In this document: positions 59,061-64,000 of the stretch, one piece after another
Numbering within the stretch: position 1 is the stretch's first letter
Layout of the letters: each line of letters opens with the position of its first letter
The notes under the pieces: generated by a model
Told to the model about the DNA's origin: nothing
What the model saw: only the letters and a program-made list of their open reading frames with translations
Database searches by the model: none
Program-made: the position numbers and the translations under genes
NCBI GenBank assembly: GCA_964035545.1
Contig: OZ037768.1
Location: 20,629,700-20,693,699 of the forward strand
Length of the DNA: 64,000 nt
Reading direction: 5' to 3'
From: Bugula neritina
Lineage: Eukaryota > Animalia > Bryozoa

Positions 59061-61084
59061 CAAAGCACAGTCTACACTAACGCTATAGAAGAAACTTGTA
59101 CTTGAAATTGCACCTACATACATGTAAGTGATATAATTTTGGCTGTTATAGATTACATATTAAATTAATGAAGTGATACATCTGCTAATATCTCAAGAGA
59201 TGATAACTCCACATAAACTGCCTTAATTTCATTCATACTACAGAGAAACAGAGAAACTTCTATATAGTGATACGTTAAACAAACTATTCCCATGATATAA
59301 GTTCGTCACGTTGCATAGTTTAAGCTCACCTCTTTCTAACTTGAGTTTGAAAAAATATTAGTACTATCAAACAACATATGAACACACCCCCCTAAAGCAT
59401 ACACAAACACCATGATAAAAACTCACCTTTCCGTGCAGTTTTAAAGCAGGCAATTCAACATCATCATTATTCCAAAGCATCTTGGTCTACAAATTAATTA
59501 TGAACTACAATTACAAATTTGACATATTTTTACATTGTCTATATATTATCACTTAAATTTGGTAAAATAGGATGATTTTTACAATGCAGTTAGAAAGCAT
59601 ATTGCAAATATTGTTGCCGCTCAATCTGGGCTTAATGGTGTGACAGATAAGGACAAATAATCCAGTGCTATATGACTCCAAGAAGTACTGCTGTGCTAAT
59701 TCTGATTCTATTTTACTAATAATCACAATATATAGAATACTTTTAATAAATATATTAAATACACACATTAACAGTTTTGTTTATAAAATCAGTTTGTTTT
59801 TAGTTTGCAATAATTAAAATTTACTTCTAGGCTAAGGTTGATTTGAAAATCTGGAAAAATCACAAAATACACTAGGCATTTGGAATGAAAATGTAGTAGT
59901 GACATATACTGAAGTCCAGAATACCAAAGATAGAAGTTTTAAAAATATTAGGTTGATAGCATATATCACTACAACATGTTTACTATCAGCAACAACTGGG
60001 CCATTGCCTACACAGATTGGACTAACATTTTAAAGAATATCCCAAGTTCTGGCCATCCCTTAGTTATTCATGTAATTAATAAACAGTTATGATGGTTATT
60101 ATTTGACCTGAAATAATAAAATCGAAACTAAAACTAAAAGTGGTACTAATAAATTCACAGCCATAAAATTGTGCTGATAGTGATATAGATATGCTGTGGT
60201 AAATATAAATAGAATGACCAATATGAATATCACATGAATACTAGTACTAGGCTATTATCATCAGGATACAGTTAATATTGAAGTTGAAGTTAATTGTTCT
60301 ATACAATTACATAGTTAAAACTAAGTTTAAATTTGTAACAATAACATAAGCTTAAAACATTATAACTTCAAATGTAAAATCAATTTTTTTCAAAGCAGAA
60401 TCAATTTAAACTTTAGGTTTTATTGAGATAATCATAATGATATATTCATATTAATAATAATATTATTATTTCCACTCATATTCATACTAACTTTGACCTC
60501 TAAGTACAGTATTCAAATTATCATTATGATAAAGGTTATCATAATCATTAGGGTACTAAAAGTAAAGGAGTAAGATTATTCCTAATACTAATACTAATAG
60601 TAAATAGAGCTATTCAGCTAGTAGTAATACTTATAGTTATAGTTATACTTATACTAATACTAATAGTAATACTCAGCTAATAAAAACTATAAGTATAACT
60701 AAAAGTAAAACTTATAAGTCGAAATCGAATAGCAATTGACTTTGAACTTTACATTAAAACAACTACATAAACCGACAATTTAATGTAGCTACACTTTTAA
60801 ATTTATCAATTTAGATATTGTCGTTTTGTGATCTCCAATATTTTGGTAAACTTAAGGCGTTACCAAAACTTAAATTTTCTTCATTTCAAAACTTCTTTGA
60901 CTCCTGGGAAAATGCTGAGAAGACAAATCCACAAAATTTCCGCGAGAACAGATCAAAAGCGCATTCGTTATTCACTCAAACAGCAAATAATAATGTATAC
61001 TGCACAAATACCGGCTAACTATAATTTTCTGCGTGCAGTTATGAGAAAACTACTTAAAAGTTCAAGGATAAAATCCTAGAAAAG

Positions 61085-63715
61085 ATGGCAAAGATAGCAA
61101 CAGAAGGAATTTTGGCAAAACTAAAAAAGGTCAAAGATATAGTCAAATTCAATGGAGGAGTTTGGAATTCGATTGTTACTCTTTACCGGTAAATTTTTTT
61201 AGCTTTATTATAATTAGAATTTGTTCATTTATATAATAATATATGGTTATGCAGCACAAGTATACAGTTACACACCATATTCATATTGATATTCAAGTTA
61301 TAATTTTAATTTAAATTAATATTATTTATTATATATTTAATATTAATAATAATATTAAGATAAATATTAATTATTTCAAATTTGGTTTTTATTTTCATTT
61401 TGAGTTTTTTAGTTTTACTACTAAAAGTAAATTACTTAGTCTTGCTAAAAAATTCAAATTCAAATTCAAATAAATTGTTTCAAATCTAAATTCAAACTCA
61501 AATTGTGAGACTGAGAATATTTAAATAAAATAAATATAACTGTTTTTGTTAAATTAAATATAATAATTATAACACGAATAATAATATTAATAATATAATT
61601 ATAAATACCAAGAAGCAAGTTTAATCATCATAATCATTATGCTAATGATTATTATATTTATAGAGTTGTACAACTACATGTCAATTTAACTAATTTAATG
61701 GGCAAATATTTGTACATTAATAATTACCAGAATAGCAAAGTTTAGAGATTTAGTGTTACTACTAACAATATTAATGTAGTAAATTGTCATTTATAGAGAT
61801 AGTATTAGCATTAATAGTTGAGCTTATAAATAAATATACTTACTCTCGAGCTTTTTATTAGAAGAAAGTAAGAAATGTATAACAATTATAAGAAATAAGT
61901 ATAAGTACAAAGAATAACTTTAAGTGTAAATTAGCCCTCCCAATGAACTCCTAGTTGATATAAACATTACAAGTATAGTTGCATGCTATTATTACATTCA
62001 ATAAATAATCAGTTCTTAATAATTGGGTGAATGAACTACTAGGGTAATTATATTTTATACTGAAAATACTATGTATGGCTGATGTAATGATGCACACAAG
62101 TTTTTAATCTAGGGTTTGTTTAAGTTTAGCCAACATGTAGTTCACAGCTCTAGGTTAGAAGCTGCTGCTTTTCACTTAATTTCATTGACCTCAAGCTAAT
62201 TATTGCCTTGTAGAACTGATGAGCTGAAGCAAGGTGAACTGGTAGGAGAGGATAAGTATGGCAACAAGTACTACAGAAATGATGAGCATATCATGGGTCA
62301 GTAAGCCCCTCCTTCTAAATTTTAAAAAGTAATTTTGTGAAACTTCTGGTTTATCAGTTTTAATTCAGTACCTAAAAGCTAAAATTGTTATTATCAAATA
62401 ATATTTAATTACTCTAGCAATTGTGATTTTTGTTTAAAATGCAAAAAGCTTGAATCAGCAACAATATGCTCAATTACAGAATTTCTACCATCCACTTGAT
62501 AATGTAATGTGGGAGTATTTTAACTCATTTTGTGTAGGACAGCTGTTTTAGGATTTGTCTTCTCATTAGCACAAAACGTATTTGCAAACATCTTTTGTGC
62601 TGTTTACTATAATCTACACTCTCGCAGGAGATGCATTTAAAATGTTGGAAATAGAGACTTGACTAACTCATAGCTTTGTGGTAGGATTTAAAGTTGATAG
62701 AATCTTTTTTAGGCAATGCAATTTTACAACTATTCTTTCTTAATTAGTTATCTATACAGTGAGTGTAGGCGGTGCTTGGCTTACTAGTACTTTGTCGTAT
62801 ATTACTGTAAACTCACAAAATAGTAACAATACATGGTACACTTTTGAGAAAGAAGACAACTTCAAACATTATTACTTGCTTTAAAATTTTCAGTAGAAGA
62901 AAATTAAGCAATTATTTTGAAAATTAAAATTATAATAAATATATAATGTATACTCTAGAGCAGGGCTGTCCAACAGGCGATCCCGGGGCCGGATGTGGCC
63001 CCCCAGCTTACATTTATGTGGCCCTCAAAGGCATAAAACTAATTTTTTTTTCACAGTATACAATTACATGAATTAAAGGGAAAAATCACTTTTCAAATGT
63101 TTCATTTATACACATGCTACAAAACATATAGCTTGCAATAACTATTGAGATTTTATTGTGTAATGATTCATTAGAATTTGTAATAAAATAATTTGAAAAA
63201 TACTGACATTGTGGCCCCCAGTTCAAGGTAAAGTTTACAATGTGGCCCCCCCCCCCCGCCACGAAATATTCCCTTTCAGTGGCCCTCGATCTAAAAAGGT
63301 TGGACACTCTAGACTCTAGAGTATTGTTTGACTGTGAATTATGCGTTAGTAAGTGTGTTGATAATCATTACGGACTGGGAATTTTTCAATCAATTTTATC
63401 TCACAGTTCTTTTAAACCCCTTTGTGCAAAATCAGCTAATATATTTCCAATGCTAATAGATCTTTTAGTCATCTAGCTTATTGGTTGAATGTTTTAAATA
63501 TTTCATAATGTTCAACTCTTTTATACCTAAAGCTTTATGAGCCAAGTAAAATTGCCAATTTGTATTCAACTATTTGAGTGTTTTCTCTATACTCATAGCG
63601 TTTTTACTCCCCTAAACTCTCTGGTATATATTGTTTATCTAGGTAGGAATAAATGGGTGGTGTATAGCGAGAAAGTAGGCATGAACTACGATGGATCCCA
63701 GGTGCCTGCTGAATG
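61085..63715 (+). CDS. NDUFA12: NADH dehydrogenase 1 alpha subcomplex subunit 12, 3'-partial
   Basis: Exons 61085-61188, 62214-62296, 63643-63715; LYRTDELKQGELVGEDKYGNKYY...GRNKWVVY...YDGSQVPAEW. Confidence 0.95.
62961..63312. mobile_element. Non-autonomous hAT (Charlie-like) MITE, ~350 bp
   Basis: Imperfect TIRs CAGGGCTGTCCAAC / GTTGGACACTCTAG; flanking direct repeat (A)CTCTAGAG at 62952-62960 and 63313-63321; five subterminal GTGGCCC motifs. Confidence 0.85.
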
Positions 63716-64000
63716 GTAAGTAGCTGTTTCTTTGTGTTCAATATGCCTCACCGAGTTTGACAATACACTCTGTACATATTTTTTCAATAGCAGAAGAGTT
63801 TTAGCATTGCTGAATATTCATTTGGATATTTAATTACCTGGCCACTTTATTAAATATTTATTATTATAAATCAACTGGCAACAATTTCTTAGATTATTAG
63901 AGTAAGTGTTGTTGATTCAATAGCGCAGAATTTAAAACCATTCCAACAGCCAATCTAAATTAGATTTTATAAAAGTGTTTTTTTTTAAATTTGGATTCAT

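Overview
AT-rich, intron-rich animal genomic DNA, probably an invertebrate; the exact taxon cannot be fixed from sequence alone. No prokaryotic features. Bases 1-4889 are the 3' half of a GC-rich Ty3/Gypsy LTR retrotransposon: pol with RT, RNase H and integrase, a +1 frameshift in a C8 run, an extra non-env ORF with zinc fingers and a coiled coil, a PPT and the 3' LTR. Host genes were reconstructed by hand from splice sites and frame continuity: a Mab-21/cGAS-like gene with a degenerate active site (+, 12606-15904); HP1/CBX (-, 16593-18085) head-to-head with an hnRNP A/B-family gene (+, 20112-23803); a large smoothelin-like gene with Ig domains (-, 26862-49574); ASZ1/GASZ (-, 52193-58112) head-to-head with NDUFA12 (+, from 61085, runs off the window). 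Introns carry many minisatellites, one hAT-type MITE and a probable tRNA-derived SINE. The strongest leads are: a cluster of four mutually exclusive exons encoding the first helix of the smoothelin CH domain; a retrotransposon-borne transcription-factor-like zinc-finger ORF; a predicted catalytically dead cGAS-like receptor; and the CBX-HNRNPA divergent gene pair known from vertebrates. Most short ORFs in the supplied track are spurious or are exon fragments.
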